Origin: an uncultured Candidatus Saccharibacteria bacterium
GTDB taxonomy: Bacteria; Patescibacteriota; UBA1384; CAYGGE01
Reading direction: 5' to 3'
Assembly (NCBI GenBank): GCA_964349485.1
Contig: CAYGGE010000003.1
Span: 5,899 to 69,898, forward strand
DNA length: 64,000 bases
Shown here: positions 26,905 to 36,578 of the stretch, one piece after another
Numbering within the stretch: position 1 is the first letter of the stretch
Layout of the letters: each line of letters begins with the position of its first letter
Program-made: the position numbers and the translations under genes
Notes under the pieces: model-generated
What the model was told of the DNA's origin: nothing
The model's input: only the letters and a program-made list of their open reading frames with translations
Database searches by the model: none

Positions 26905-27924
26905 ATGGCAACGGCAATTAATGGTTTTGGCCGAATCGGCCGAACCGCGCTAAGAGTCATGTTGGAACGAGGCATGGAAAGTCAGTTAGTGGCTGTCAAC
27001 GATCTGACCGATGCAGTTACTTTGGCTCATTTACTCAAGTACGATACGAATTATGGAGTTCTTGCGGCTGAAGTAGGTGGTGAAAATAAGCCCATGAGTA
27101 AGCATGGCACAGGCTCAGTCGGTACACTAACCGTGAATGGCCATCAAATCGCAGTCTTTGCTGAGAAAGATCCAAGTCATTTGCCTTGGAAAGAGTTAGA
27201 GATCGATACTGTAATCGAATCAACCGGTCATTTCACCGATGCTAAAGGGGCGAAACTACACCTCGATGCAGGGGCCAAGCGGGTAGTCATCTCAGCACCA
27301 GCTAAAGACGGGACCGTAAAAACGATTGTTCTCGGAGTAAACGGTGAGAGCAAGGATGCCAATGAGGCGATTATCTCCAATGCTTCCTGCACAACAAACT
27401 GTGTCGCACCAGTTGCCCAAATCATGGTGGCCGAGTTCGGAGTCAAGAAAGCACTCATGACGACGATCCATGCTTACACGCAAGATCAAAATCTTCAAGA
27501 CGGACCACATAAAGATCTCCGCCGTGCCAGAAGTGCAGCGGCGAATATTGTACCCACATCTACTGGTGCAGCGATCGCCGCTACCGAAGTAATTCCTGAA
27601 CTCAAGGGCTTGTTCGATGGTGTGGCAATTCGCGTCCCGGTGCCTGTCGGTTCGCTCTCTGACTTTACTTTCCTATTGAAGAAGCGAGTGACGGTCAAAG
27701 AAGTTAACGCAATTTTGAGCGAAGCCGCCAACAGTAGCCGCTACAAAGGCATACTAGCCGTAACCGACGAACCAATTGTCTCATCGGACATCATCGGTGA
27801 CCCACATTCGTCGATTGTTGATCTCTCACTGACCCAAGTTGTCGACGGTGATCTTGTCAAAGTCTTCGCTTGGTACGATAACGAATATGGATACTGCAAT
27901 AGACTTATTGACCAGTTGTCATAG
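26905..27924 (+). CDS. gap: glyceraldehyde-3-phosphate dehydrogenase, type I
   Basis: INGFGRIGR, SNASCTTNCVAP, WYDNEYGY. Confidence 0.95.
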   Translation: MATAINGFGRIGRTALRVMLERGMESQLVAVNDLTDAVTLAHLLKYDTNYGVLAAEVGGENKPMSKHGTGSVGTLTVNGHQIAVFAEKDPSHLPWKELEIDTVIESTGHFTDAKGAKLHLDAGAKRVVISAPAKDGTVKTIVLGVNGESKDANEAIISNASCTTNCVAPVAQIMVAEFGVKKALMTTIHAYTQDQNLQDGPHKDLRRARSAAANIVPTSTGAAIAATEVIPELKGLFDGVAIRVPVPVGSLSDFTFLLKKRVTVKEVNAILSEAANSSRYKGILAVTDEPIVSSDIIGDPHSSIVDLSLTQVVDGDLVKVFAWYDNEYGYCNRLIDQLS

Positions 27925-28019
27925 AGATCGCAACGACTTAATCGTTAGACTTAACCCCATATATAAAGACTATCCGAGTTAACCATTGTAGGTTACAATA
28001 GACGCTGGAGAGGGGTCTA

Positions 28020-28766
28020 GTGGTTAAGACAAAATCTATCACCAAACCTGATACGAGATCGAGCGATCCGCCTAGGCAAGATGACTCAATTATTCACATC
28101 CACCATGTGAGTAAACATTATGGATCAATTATTGCGCTAGATACGATTGACATCAAGATTGAGCGAGGTGAATTCGTCTCTTTAGTCGGTCCTTCGGGCG
28201 CCGGCAAGTCAACGATCATCCGATTATTAATCGGTGAGGAGCGACCAACAACGGGTCGTATTTTTGTTGCTGGCAGAGATATTAGTCAACTCCGCTCTAA
28301 TGAATTACCCTACTATCGACGGAAGATTGGAGTGGTATTTCAGGACTTTAAGTTATTACCTCAGAAAACAGTCAAAGAGAATGTGGCCTTTGCTCTAGAG
28401 GTGGCCGACGTTGAAGCCGATGATATAGCCAGACGAGTCCCAAAGATGCTCGATCTCGTTGGTATGGGGGCGAGAGCCAATGAATTCCCCACGGTTCTTT
28501 CTGGAGGAGAACGTCAACGAATTGCCATCGCTAGAGCGATGGTTCACTCGCCTAAAATCTTGATCGCCGACGAACCGACTGGCAATCTCGACCCCGAAAA
28601 CAGTCGTGAGATTATCGAACTACTCCAACGCATTAACTCAGCCGGTACTGTCGTAGTTTTAGCTACTCATAACAAGGAAGTAGTTAATGCTCTACATCGA
28701 CGAGTTATCTTAGTTCGGTCCGGCAAGATCATGAGTGACCAGATGAACGGTCAATATATGCTTTAA
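28020..28766 (+). CDS. ftsE: cell-division ABC ATPase FtsE
   Basis: Walker A GPSGAGKST, signature LSGGERQRIAIARA, Walker B ILIADEPTGNLD; followed by ftsX. Confidence 0.85.
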   Translation: MVKTKSITKPDTRSSDPPRQDDSIIHIHHVSKHYGSIIALDTIDIKIERGEFVSLVGPSGAGKSTIIRLLIGEERPTTGRIFVAGRDISQLRSNELPYYRRKIGVVFQDFKLLPQKTVKENVAFALEVADVEADDIARRVPKMLDLVGMGARANEFPTVLSGGERQRIAIARAMVHSPKILIADEPTGNLDPENSREIIELLQRINSAGTVVVLATHNKEVVNALHRRVILVRSGKIMSDQMNGQYML

Positions 28767-28812
28767 GACAAGATCCGCTTCAAACTATTTCCAAGTTTAA
28801 TTTTTAAACAAT

Positions 28813-29790
28813 ATGCAAATACTGACGCTCAAACGAATATGCAAGCTCGGTCTGACCAATTTCTGGCGAAATGGCTGGCTTTCGATAGCCGCTAGTCTGA
28901 TCATTATGCTGACCCTGCTCACCATGGGTATTTTTTCTTTGCTCAATGTCTTCGTCAATGCGACTGCCGAAGGAATAAAAGACCGGATCGACCTATCAGT
29001 CTATTTCTATGAGAACGCTACCGAGACCCAGATTAAGGATATGCAATATATTCTCACGAACCGTGTCGATGTTAGTTCGGTACACTACATCACTAAGGAC
29101 GAAGCTTTTGCCTTATGGCAAAAGAGAGCGATTAACGAAAAAGTTAAAAATCTAGTCACTAAAGATGAGAATCCGTTACCACGTAGTCTACAGATTAAGG
29201 CCGCCCAGCCAGAGTATTTGGAATCGATCGCCCGATTTGTCCAAGCGGATAGTTACAAACCCTACGTCAGGGAGGTTAGTTATCTTAAAACAAAAGTTAC
29301 GATCGATAAACTCATTCGCCTGACTAATTTCGTTCGGCAACTGGGTATAGCGGTAACTATTTTTCTGCTCTCGATCTCACTTGTCGTTGTCCTGAACACC
29401 ATTCGTTTGACCATATTTACTAGACGTGATGAGATTGAGATTATGCGATTGGTCGGGGCGAACAATATCTTTATCCGCATCCCATTTAGTATCGAAGCCG
29501 TTCTTTATGGGGTTGTTGGTGCTCTGCTGGCTTATGTCGTGATTGCCATAGGTATGTCCTACCTCGGACCACGCATCGCCAGCTACTTTGCCGACATATC
29601 CTCAGCTTCATCAACTTCATATTTCTACCTCATCCAGCCCTACTTTTCAGCGATCTCCAATGGCACCGGATCAGGTGTAATTCGGAGCCTCATCACTTTA
29701 TGGCCACTGGGCTTGTTTCAACTGGTTGTTGGCATCACCTTCAGTGTCGCCTGCAGTATGCTGGCGATTCGTCGGTATCTACGTGTCTAA
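28813..29790 (+). CDS. ftsX: cell-division permease-like FtsX
   Basis: 4-TM topology with a large first extracellular loop; ftsE synteny. Confidence 0.8.
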   Translation: MQILTLKRICKLGLTNFWRNGWLSIAASLIIMLTLLTMGIFSLLNVFVNATAEGIKDRIDLSVYFYENATETQIKDMQYILTNRVDVSSVHYITKDEAFALWQKRAINEKVKNLVTKDENPLPRSLQIKAAQPEYLESIARFVQADSYKPYVREVSYLKTKVTIDKLIRLTNFVRQLGIAVTIFLLSISLVVVLNTIRLTIFTRRDEIEIMRLVGANNIFIRIPFSIEAVLYGVVGALLAYVVIAIGMSYLGPRIASYFADISSASSTSYFYLIQPYFSAISNGTGSGVIRSLITLWPLGLFQLVVGITFSVACSMLAIRRYLRV

Positions 29791-29824
29791 TTGCTCATAA
29801 CGCCCTCAAATGTTATAGTGAGCT

Positions 29825-31093
29825 ATGGATCAAGGAGGGAAGATACGATCTAAACAATGGGTAGAGTATAATAAAATAAGCCTGACCATTGTCCCTTGGC
29901 TATTGGTTGTAATTTTTGTGCTCGGTTTATATGTAATGCCATCGCAGGTTCTAGGTCAGTCAAGTCGACTTCAAGATATTCAGCGCCAAATCAAGGAAAA
30001 AGAACAATTGGCGGCACAAAAGAAGAAGGAAGCGGCGGCAGAAGAGAAGCGACGGGCTCAACTCAATAAAGATATCGATAAAATCTCGACCGATATTGGC
30101 ACGACGGAAACTCGGTTACAGCAGACAGACACTAAGATCAACGAAACATCTCGAACGATTGAAGATCGGCGTCAAGACATCAGAGATAAAGAGCACGCCA
30201 TCGCCGCCAAAGATGAAGATTTGCACGAAACTGTGGTTGAAGTTAGCATCGCCGCCGACACTAACAGCGACTTTGAAACCTATCTCGGCGAGAAGACATT
30301 AGCCGCTGCTTTTGCCCAACAAGCCGGTTTCGATGCGCTGGTTGATCAAGTGTTAACTCAAGCGGAAGCACTTGAGAAGGAACGTGAAGTGCTGTTGTCA
30401 AGAAAACTTGAGCTCGAGAAGCAACAGCGCGATCTTGAAGCACATAAACAGCAACTAGCGGCCTATCAGCGGGCACTCGATATTCAAAAGAGTCAAAAGG
30501 CAGTCTTAGCTGATCAGGCAAAGCAGAACCAAGCTCAGTTGATCACGGAATCGAACAACGCACTCAAGATTACCGAGGAGCTCAAAAAAGAGTTCGCCAA
30601 GATTGCTAACGAAGAAGCGGCGAAGAACCAAGGTACTCGAGCGTTCAGTGGACGCTGTAAGCAATACATGCAAATTGCCACTGGCGAGTCGTCATCAATT
30701 GGCTACATGGTGCCAGCTCCTGGCGTGATTACGACATGTTATGGTGGGAGTAACTTTGCCCAGCCAAACTTCCACACAGGAGTTGATATCGCCAATATCG
30801 CTGGCACACCAATTAAGGCAACAAACTCAGGTACAGTGACATATACGGGCAAATATACTGGATACGGTAACACAATCGATATTCAACACGATGATGACAA
30901 TATCAGTCGCTATGCACACCTTATGCAGATTCTGGTTTTGCCAGGTGCTCATGTAGATCGAGGCGAGGTAATCGCTTACATGGGAGGCGTTCCGGGTATG
31001 GACGGCGCTGGTTGGTCTACAGGTGCACATATTCACTTCGAAATAAAAGCGTCCAATGGTGTTCCTCGTGATCCACTACTCTATCTGCCATAG
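29825..31093 (+). CDS. coiled-coil M23 (LytM) peptidase, EnvC-like
   Basis: N-terminal TM helix, long coiled coil, C-terminal M23 motifs HTGVDIA, HDDDNISRYAHL, GAHIHFEI. Confidence 0.8.
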   Translation: MDQGGKIRSKQWVEYNKISLTIVPWLLVVIFVLGLYVMPSQVLGQSSRLQDIQRQIKEKEQLAAQKKKEAAAEEKRRAQLNKDIDKISTDIGTTETRLQQTDTKINETSRTIEDRRQDIRDKEHAIAAKDEDLHETVVEVSIAADTNSDFETYLGEKTLAAAFAQQAGFDALVDQVLTQAEALEKEREVLLSRKLELEKQQRDLEAHKQQLAAYQRALDIQKSQKAVLADQAKQNQAQLITESNNALKITEELKKEFAKIANEEAAKNQGTRAFSGRCKQYMQIATGESSSIGYMVPAPGVITTCYGGSNFAQPNFHTGVDIANIAGTPIKATNSGTVTYTGKYTGYGNTIDIQHDDDNISRYAHLMQILVLPGAHVDRGEVIAYMGGVPGMDGAGWSTGAHIHFEIKASNGVPRDPLLYLP

Positions 31094-31139
31094 AGCTCTC
31101 TTGCTTCGGTTTGGTTAGGGACTGTGCTAGTATAGGCAC

Positions 31140-32138
31140 ATGGTAGAAAAACTTATTGATCCAGTTATTCAACCAATCGATGAGTCGATTGAATTGACCC
31201 TTCGACCACAGAATCTCACTGAATATATTGGCCAGTCGAAGGTCAAGGAAAACTTGACTATCTTTCTTGAAGCGGCGAAGAACCGTGGCGAAGCACTTGA
31301 ACATGTTTTGCTCTATGGGCCACCTGGGTTAGGGAAGACTACACTGGCCCATATTATCGCCAACGAGATGGGCAGACAGATTCGCGTGACTTCTGGGCCA
31401 GCGATTGAGCGGGCGGGTGATCTCGCTTCGATTCTCACCAACTTGCAAGATGGTGATATCCTATTTATCGATGAGATTCATCGATTACACCGAACTATTG
31501 AAGAAGTACTCTATCCAGCTATGGAAGACTATGTACTAGATATCGTCTTAGGCAAGGGACCAGCGGCAAAGACTCTTCGCCTCGATCTACCCAGATTTAC
31601 CTTAATAGGGGCGACCACCCGTATGAGTTTACTTTCCTCACCAATGCGTGATCGGTTTGGCATGATCTATCAACTCGAATTCTATGCGCCAGAAGATATA
31701 GAACAGATTATTGGTCGTTCAGCGAAATTGCTTGATATACCTATTGACTTAGCTGGTCGACGCGAGTTAGCCGGGCGGGCTCGTCGGACCCCCCGGGTTG
31801 CCAACCGACTATTAAAACGGGTTAGGGACTATGCCCAAGTCAAGGCCAGGGGGATGATTGACGGACCTGTCGCCAGAGAAGCCATGTTGCTACTCGATAT
31901 CGACGAGTATGGACTAGACGGTACTGATCGGAAAGTCCTGTCAACTATTGTCGAGAAGTTTAATGGCGGTCCTGTCGGGATCGATACTATCGCGGCCGCG
32001 ACTAGTGAAGAACGAGAAACCATTGAAGATGTCTACGAGCCTTACCTGCTTCAGCTAGGTTTTTTAGAACGAACATCGAAGGGCCGAAAAGTAACCGACT
32101 TGGCGCATCGTCATCTTGGCTACACGAAAAAAAGTTAA
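31140..32138 (+). CDS. ruvB: Holliday-junction branch-migration helicase RuvB
   Basis: [12 protein letters not shown], Walker [18 protein letters not shown]. Confidence 0.95.
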   Translation: MVEKLIDPVIQPIDESIELTLRPQNLTEYIGQSKVKENLTIFLEAAKNRGEALEHVLLYGPPGLGKTTLAHIIANEMGRQIRVTSGPAIERAGDLASILTNLQDGDILFIDEIHRLHRTIEEVLYPAMEDYVLDIVLGKGPAAKTLRLDLPRFTLIGATTRMSLLSSPMRDRFGMIYQLEFYAPEDIEQIIGRSAKLLDIPIDLAGRRELAGRARRTPRVANRLLKRVRDYAQVKARGMIDGPVAREAMLLLDIDEYGLDGTDRKVLSTIVEKFNGGPVGIDTIAAATSEERETIEDVYEPYLLQLGFLERTSKGRKVTDLAHRHLGYTKKS

Positions 32139-32163
32139 GAATTATTTAATAATTGTTTAGGTA

Positions 32164-32370
32164 GTGTGGAGGAAGAAAGTCATGATTACCCTGGGTATCT
32201 ACACTTTAGTACTTCTCATCATTGGCCTTATGAGCACCCTCATCACGTATTTCGCGTTGCTTTATCGAGATCCGCACGACAGCGTCGGTATCGTTCTGGG
32301 GGTATATTACCTCCTAGTGAGTATAGTTTTACTTGTCACCCTGGTATCACTCGATTTTAGTGCTGTCTAA
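32164..32370 (+). CDS. small two-TM membrane protein (alternative start 32182)
   Basis: hydrophobic ORF directly upstream of the PH-domain membrane protein. Confidence 0.4.
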   Translation: MWRKKVMITLGIYTLVLLIIGLMSTLITYFALLYRDPHDSVGIVLGVYYLLVSIVLLVTLVSLDFSAV

Positions 32371-32379
32371 AGGAGATAT

Positions 32380-32988
32380 ATGTCTCATAATACACGACCA
32401 GTTATCACTTTTCCTGAACAAGAGGCGGGAGAAGTAGTATTTATCTATACGAGGCGTTATTGGGTGGCCTTTCTACCAGTCTTTTTATTCACCCTATTGG
32501 TTACCATACTCGGTCTAGTCATGATCTTCTTTTTAGCGAATGGTGGTGTTGATCGCAATATAGTTCTTTTGAGTGGGAGTAGCTTCATCTTACTGATGTT
32601 GTTACTGATGTTGTTTGAATTCTTCGACTTCTACTTCGATCTGCATATTGTGTCTGATCGAAGAGTGATCGATATTGATCAGCGAAGGTTATTTAATCGT
32701 CAAGTAGCCAAGCTTCTACTAGAAGATGTTCAAGATGTTGAAACGAGTGTCAAAGGGATCTTGCCGACCTTCTTTCACTATGGGGACGTGACGATTCAAA
32801 CCGCGGGCGCTAAGCCAAATTTCGTATTCAACCAGATTCAACACCCAAGAGAAATTGCCACAATCATCCTCGATCTTTCCAGTCAATCGCGCAACAACGT
32901 GCCGTCGGAAGACCGACGGCCGAGCGGTCCAAACGCCGCAATTATCGACGGAACCATGATTCCTAATCTGCCAGACGAAGTGGAATAA
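32380..32988 (+). CDS. membrane protein with bacterial PH (YdbS/YdbT-like) domain
   Basis: two N-terminal TM helices then a ~100-aa domain (DVTIQTAG...) typical of bPH_2. Confidence 0.5.
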   Translation: MSHNTRPVITFPEQEAGEVVFIYTRRYWVAFLPVFLFTLLVTILGLVMIFFLANGGVDRNIVLLSGSSFILLMLLLMLFEFFDFYFDLHIVSDRRVIDIDQRRLFNRQVAKLLLEDVQDVETSVKGILPTFFHYGDVTIQTAGAKPNFVFNQIQHPREIATIILDLSSQSRNNVPSEDRRPSGPNAAIIDGTMIPNLPDEVE

Positions 32989-33019
32989 CCATATTTCTCC
33001 TTCGTTGGGAAGGAGCAAT

Positions 33020-34480
33020 ATGAGTCAATTGAAAGTATATCCGGATTACCTTTTCCGCGCGCTCTTTGGTCTATTGTTTGGGCTGATCGTCTTATTGCCA
33101 GACAAGATCCATGCGTTGACTATCAACGAAGTGGCCTACGACGTCCGTGGGGCCGATACCAATCGCGAGTGGATAGAGCTCTATAACGAAACTTCCATTT
33201 CGATCGATCTGACTGGAGCTAAACTTCAAGCGATACATAACCTACCGGCTGACCCGCCTCCATCGCCAACCTTAACTGGTTCCCAGATTCAGTCGCCACC
33301 CGTCGGTGGCGGGCGGGGCACTCTGGTCATGGAGCCAGGAGGCTATTTAATATTGGCTCAGAAGCCCGATCTGTTACTCATAGATAACCCAGATCTCCCC
33401 GAACCATGGGCCAAAGTCTCCTTTTCAGCGCTAGCAAACTATCAAGCTGATGAGACAAAGCGGACGACTCTAAAAGTGATCAATAAAGAGGGTTTAGTCT
33501 TGGGAGAGACCAGTTACAGCCCTGGTCCACGAGAGACTTATCCTGAAGGAACTACAATTGAATATCAAGTCGACAACGGTTGGCAACCGTCAAAAGAGCT
33601 GGGAGGAACACCCGGTCGAGTGAATAGCACCTGGTCATTGGCGAGCCCAACGCCACAAAGTTACCCCAGTGGCGTCCGTTTTTCGGAAATATACCCTAAT
33701 GCGGTAGGCGATGACAAAGGTCATGAATGGATAGAGTTCGAAAATACGGGGTCTAACTCTGTCGATCTGACGGGTTGGTATATGGTCGATACATCGGGCA
33801 AGAAGGAACTTCTTTCAGCGAACACGATGCTTGAACCAGGAGCATTTCGACAAGTTATTGTTTCAAGTTTGTCAATTAACAACGATAGTACGAAAACGGC
33901 TGAAGAACTTCGCCTCTATTGGCCAAGTGATCAAGAGACTGATCGAGTGACCTTAGTTGATAAGGCAAAGGAAGATTGGAGCTATGCCCGCTTCTCTAAT
34001 GAGTGGTGGTGGACGGATCAACCGACACCAGGTAGTAAAAACCAACAGTTACAAGCGACTACCTCACCTACAAGCAGTCACTTGATGACGCCATCTCCCC
34101 AGCTAACAATTACTTCGCGTCAACAACCGTCATCTGTGCCTACAATATCTAAGCTAGTAAAATTAGCAGTGACAGAAAAGCCTGTTAGTACCCCAACATC
34201 AAGACCAAAGCCAAAGAGTACAACCAATAAATTGACGCCTAAATCCCAACTAGCGACTCTACGGCCTGAATTGGTAAGTCCAAGCCCAAGAACTGCGAGG
34301 CTATCACAGGTTAAGGGCGTGACAACGAACAATCATCGCGAATCAAGCCGTCCGATTCTAATCACTGGTTTAGTCGTCATTGTGCTGAGCTCAATCGGTC
34401 TGGTGGCACTCTATCGTTATAAGTTGTTATCATTTATTCCTAAGTTACGTAGTCTCTGGCCACCGGAAGTGCTGAAGTGA
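33020..34480 (+). CDS. lamin-tail-domain (LTD) surface protein with S/T/P-rich stalk and C-terminal TM anchor
   Basis: two LTD-like modules (TINEVAYDVRGADTNREWIELYN; VRFSEIYPNAVGDDKGHEWIEFEN), PTS-rich linker, C-terminal hydrophobic helix; RBS ggaaggag. Confidence 0.65.
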   Translation: MSQLKVYPDYLFRALFGLLFGLIVLLPDKIHALTINEVAYDVRGADTNREWIELYNETSISIDLTGAKLQAIHNLPADPPPSPTLTGSQIQSPPVGGGRGTLVMEPGGYLILAQKPDLLLIDNPDLPEPWAKVSFSALANYQADETKRTTLKVINKEGLVLGETSYSPGPRETYPEGTTIEYQVDNGWQPSKELGGTPGRVNSTWSLASPTPQSYPSGVRFSEIYPNAVGDDKGHEWIEFENTGSNSVDLTGWYMVDTSGKKELLSANTMLEPGAFRQVIVSSLSINNDSTKTAEELRLYWPSDQETDRVTLVDKAKEDWSYARFSNEWWWTDQPTPGSKNQQLQATTSPTSSHLMTPSPQLTITSRQQPSSVPTISKLVKLAVTEKPVSTPTSRPKPKSTTNKLTPKSQLATLRPELVSPSPRTARLSQVKGVTTNNHRESSRPILITGLVVIVLSSIGLVALYRYKLLSFIPKLRSLWPPEVLK

Positions 34481-34591
34481 TTAGACAACAAGCACGACAT
34501 TTTCGTGCTGTTTCTATCTTTGCCTGATTCCTGTTTCTGTGTTATTTTTAAGTAGCATCCAATATGCCTAATTGCATGATAAAGGGAGTTT

Positions 34592-36073
34592 TTGGTGGTA
34601 GGAAGACCTCGACGACGACTGACCGCCACATCGCATTACAAAGCCATTGCCGGCCGGGCGGCAGCCTCGCCGAGTATTATTGATGAACGACGTCATAATC
34701 GTCAGAAAGTACAACCGATAAAACTTTTTTTTAGTGTCGTTTTCATCTGCATCCTGATCGTTGGCAGTTGGATGGGAGCTAAAAGTGCCCAAACCTACAA
34801 TAAAGTAGTCGATACGAGCGGTACAAAACGTGCTCCAGCATTAAAGTTTCTAGACGACATCAAGCCAAACCAGCTCAATGGCGAAGGCGACGGGCGAATC
34901 AATGTCTTGCTGATCGGAGTTGGCGGTGCCCGTCACCCAGGAGGAACTCTAGCTGACACAATCATGGTGGCCAGTTTCGATACTAAGAAAAATGAAGTCG
35001 CTCTCCTCTCGATACCCCGTGATCTCTACGTCCCAATCAGCGGTAACGGGAGTGGTAAGATCAACTCGGCCCACTCTTTCGGCGAGTTGAACGTTAAAAC
35101 GACTGGAGGCGGTCCAGCCGTTCTTAAGAAAACTGTGAGCACAATTCTTGATTTACCGATCCATTATTATGTCCGGGTTGATTTCGACGGGCTTAAGGAC
35201 TTGGTTAACGCGCTAGGTGGCGTATCCGTCAACGTAGAGAAGCCGATTATTGACCTCGCTTACCCAGCCGACAATATGATTGATTTTCAACCTTTCCGTT
35301 TGAGTGCTGGACTCCAAAGCATGAACGGGATAACGGCCCTCAAGTATGCTCGTTCTCGTCATGCGGCCGGTAGCGAAGGGAGCGATTTTGCCAGGGCAAA
35401 ACGACAGCAAATTCTGCTTTCAGCTATCCGTTCCAAGGCACTCTCGGCGGGGGTTTTAACTAGCCCAACCAAAATCAATAACATCTTGACTGTCCTTGGT
35501 AACCACATCAAGACAGACATCACTATTTGGGAAGCCCAGCGCTTTTTGCAGACCTGGAAAGATGTTAACTCCTCAAACATCCTGACCAAAGTTATTGACA
35601 ATGGCCCCAATGGACCGTTGATGGCTCATTCGGGTGATGAGCGTGGTTATATCTTGCTTCCACGCACTGGCGACTTTAGTGAAGTCGCCGAAATCGCCCA
35701 TGAGATCTTTGTTGATCCGTTCTTGAGAGAAGAACAGGCTACCATATCTGTCGTCAACGCTAGTGGGAGCACCGCTACTGGTCGCAGTGTCATGGCTCAA
35801 TTGAACAGCTATGGCTACAAGGTGACTGACAATACCCCGAAAGCCCAAGTTACACAGCTCAAAACAGTAATGATTGATTATACAAAGAACAAACCGTACA
35901 CCAAGAAGTTTCTAGAGAAAAGATTTAAAGTGACTGCCACACCGGTTAGATCGACAGCTAGTCCGGCGATTTATGACATAACTCTGACGATTGGTCAGGA
36001 TTATGTACCCAAGAAAGTCCAGACGACACTGAAACCAACACCAAAACCTAGCACAGCGGTTAGTGATCTATGA
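34592..36073 (+). CDS. LytR-CpsA-Psr (LCP) family cell-wall glycopolymer transferase with LytR_C domain
   Basis: TM anchor, INVLLIGVGG...ADTIMVASFD...LLSIPRDLYV LCP core, C-terminal ISVVNASGSTATGRSVMAQLNSYGYKV. Confidence 0.8.
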   Translation: MVVGRPRRRLTATSHYKAIAGRAAASPSIIDERRHNRQKVQPIKLFFSVVFICILIVGSWMGAKSAQTYNKVVDTSGTKRAPALKFLDDIKPNQLNGEGDGRINVLLIGVGGARHPGGTLADTIMVASFDTKKNEVALLSIPRDLYVPISGNGSGKINSAHSFGELNVKTTGGGPAVLKKTVSTILDLPIHYYVRVDFDGLKDLVNALGGVSVNVEKPIIDLAYPADNMIDFQPFRLSAGLQSMNGITALKYARSRHAAGSEGSDFARAKRQQILLSAIRSKALSAGVLTSPTKINNILTVLGNHIKTDITIWEAQRFLQTWKDVNSSNILTKVIDNGPNGPLMAHSGDERGYILLPRTGDFSEVAEIAHEIFVDPFLREEQATISVVNASGSTATGRSVMAQLNSYGYKVTDNTPKAQVTQLKTVMIDYTKNKPYTKKFLEKRFKVTATPVRSTASPAIYDITLTIGQDYVPKKVQTTLKPTPKPSTAVSDL

Positions 36074-36531
36074 ACCGCATTAATTTAATTATGGCCGGTC
36101 TGTTCGTACTTTCTATCATGTCATTTGTGTTGATCGAAAAAGCGACTGCATATCGGGTAAGTAGTCTCGTTTATCTCGTCTTGGTTGGTGCATATGGTAT
36201 CTTTTTGCGTCGCAACGATGTTTTTGCCGCAAGTACCTTATTCTTTAGCCTCTATAGTGTCAATCAATACCTGTTTGTAGAGCTACTTCCAGCTTGGATC
36301 AGTATCGCCTCTGCCAGTTTACTGGTCTTAATTCTCTGGTGGATAGCCTATCGTAATGAGGGATGGCCAGTAGCGATTGCGATCTCTATTCTGGTTTGTG
36401 AGCTGTCGATTGTTAGCCAGTACACAGTACTCGACAACCGCTGGCAGGCCTACATTGTCACCCTACCCTTCTTACTTGCTTTTCAGCAAAATGCTACTGA
36501 TTTCCGTCCCAATAATTCTGAAGTCACTTGA
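36070..36531 (+). CDS. hypothetical polytopic membrane protein
   Basis: 4-5 predicted TM helices; overlaps the LCP gene stop. Confidence 0.45.
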   Translation: MNRINLIMAGLFVLSIMSFVLIEKATAYRVSSLVYLVLVGAYGIFLRRNDVFAASTLFFSLYSVNQYLFVELLPAWISIASASLLVLILWWIAYRNEGWPVAIAISILVCELSIVSQYTVLDNRWQAYIVTLPFLLAFQQNATDFRPNNSEVT

Positions 36532-36578
36532 GTCAACGCATATTCCTTGTTATGCTTGGTTCTTGGTGAAAGGACATC

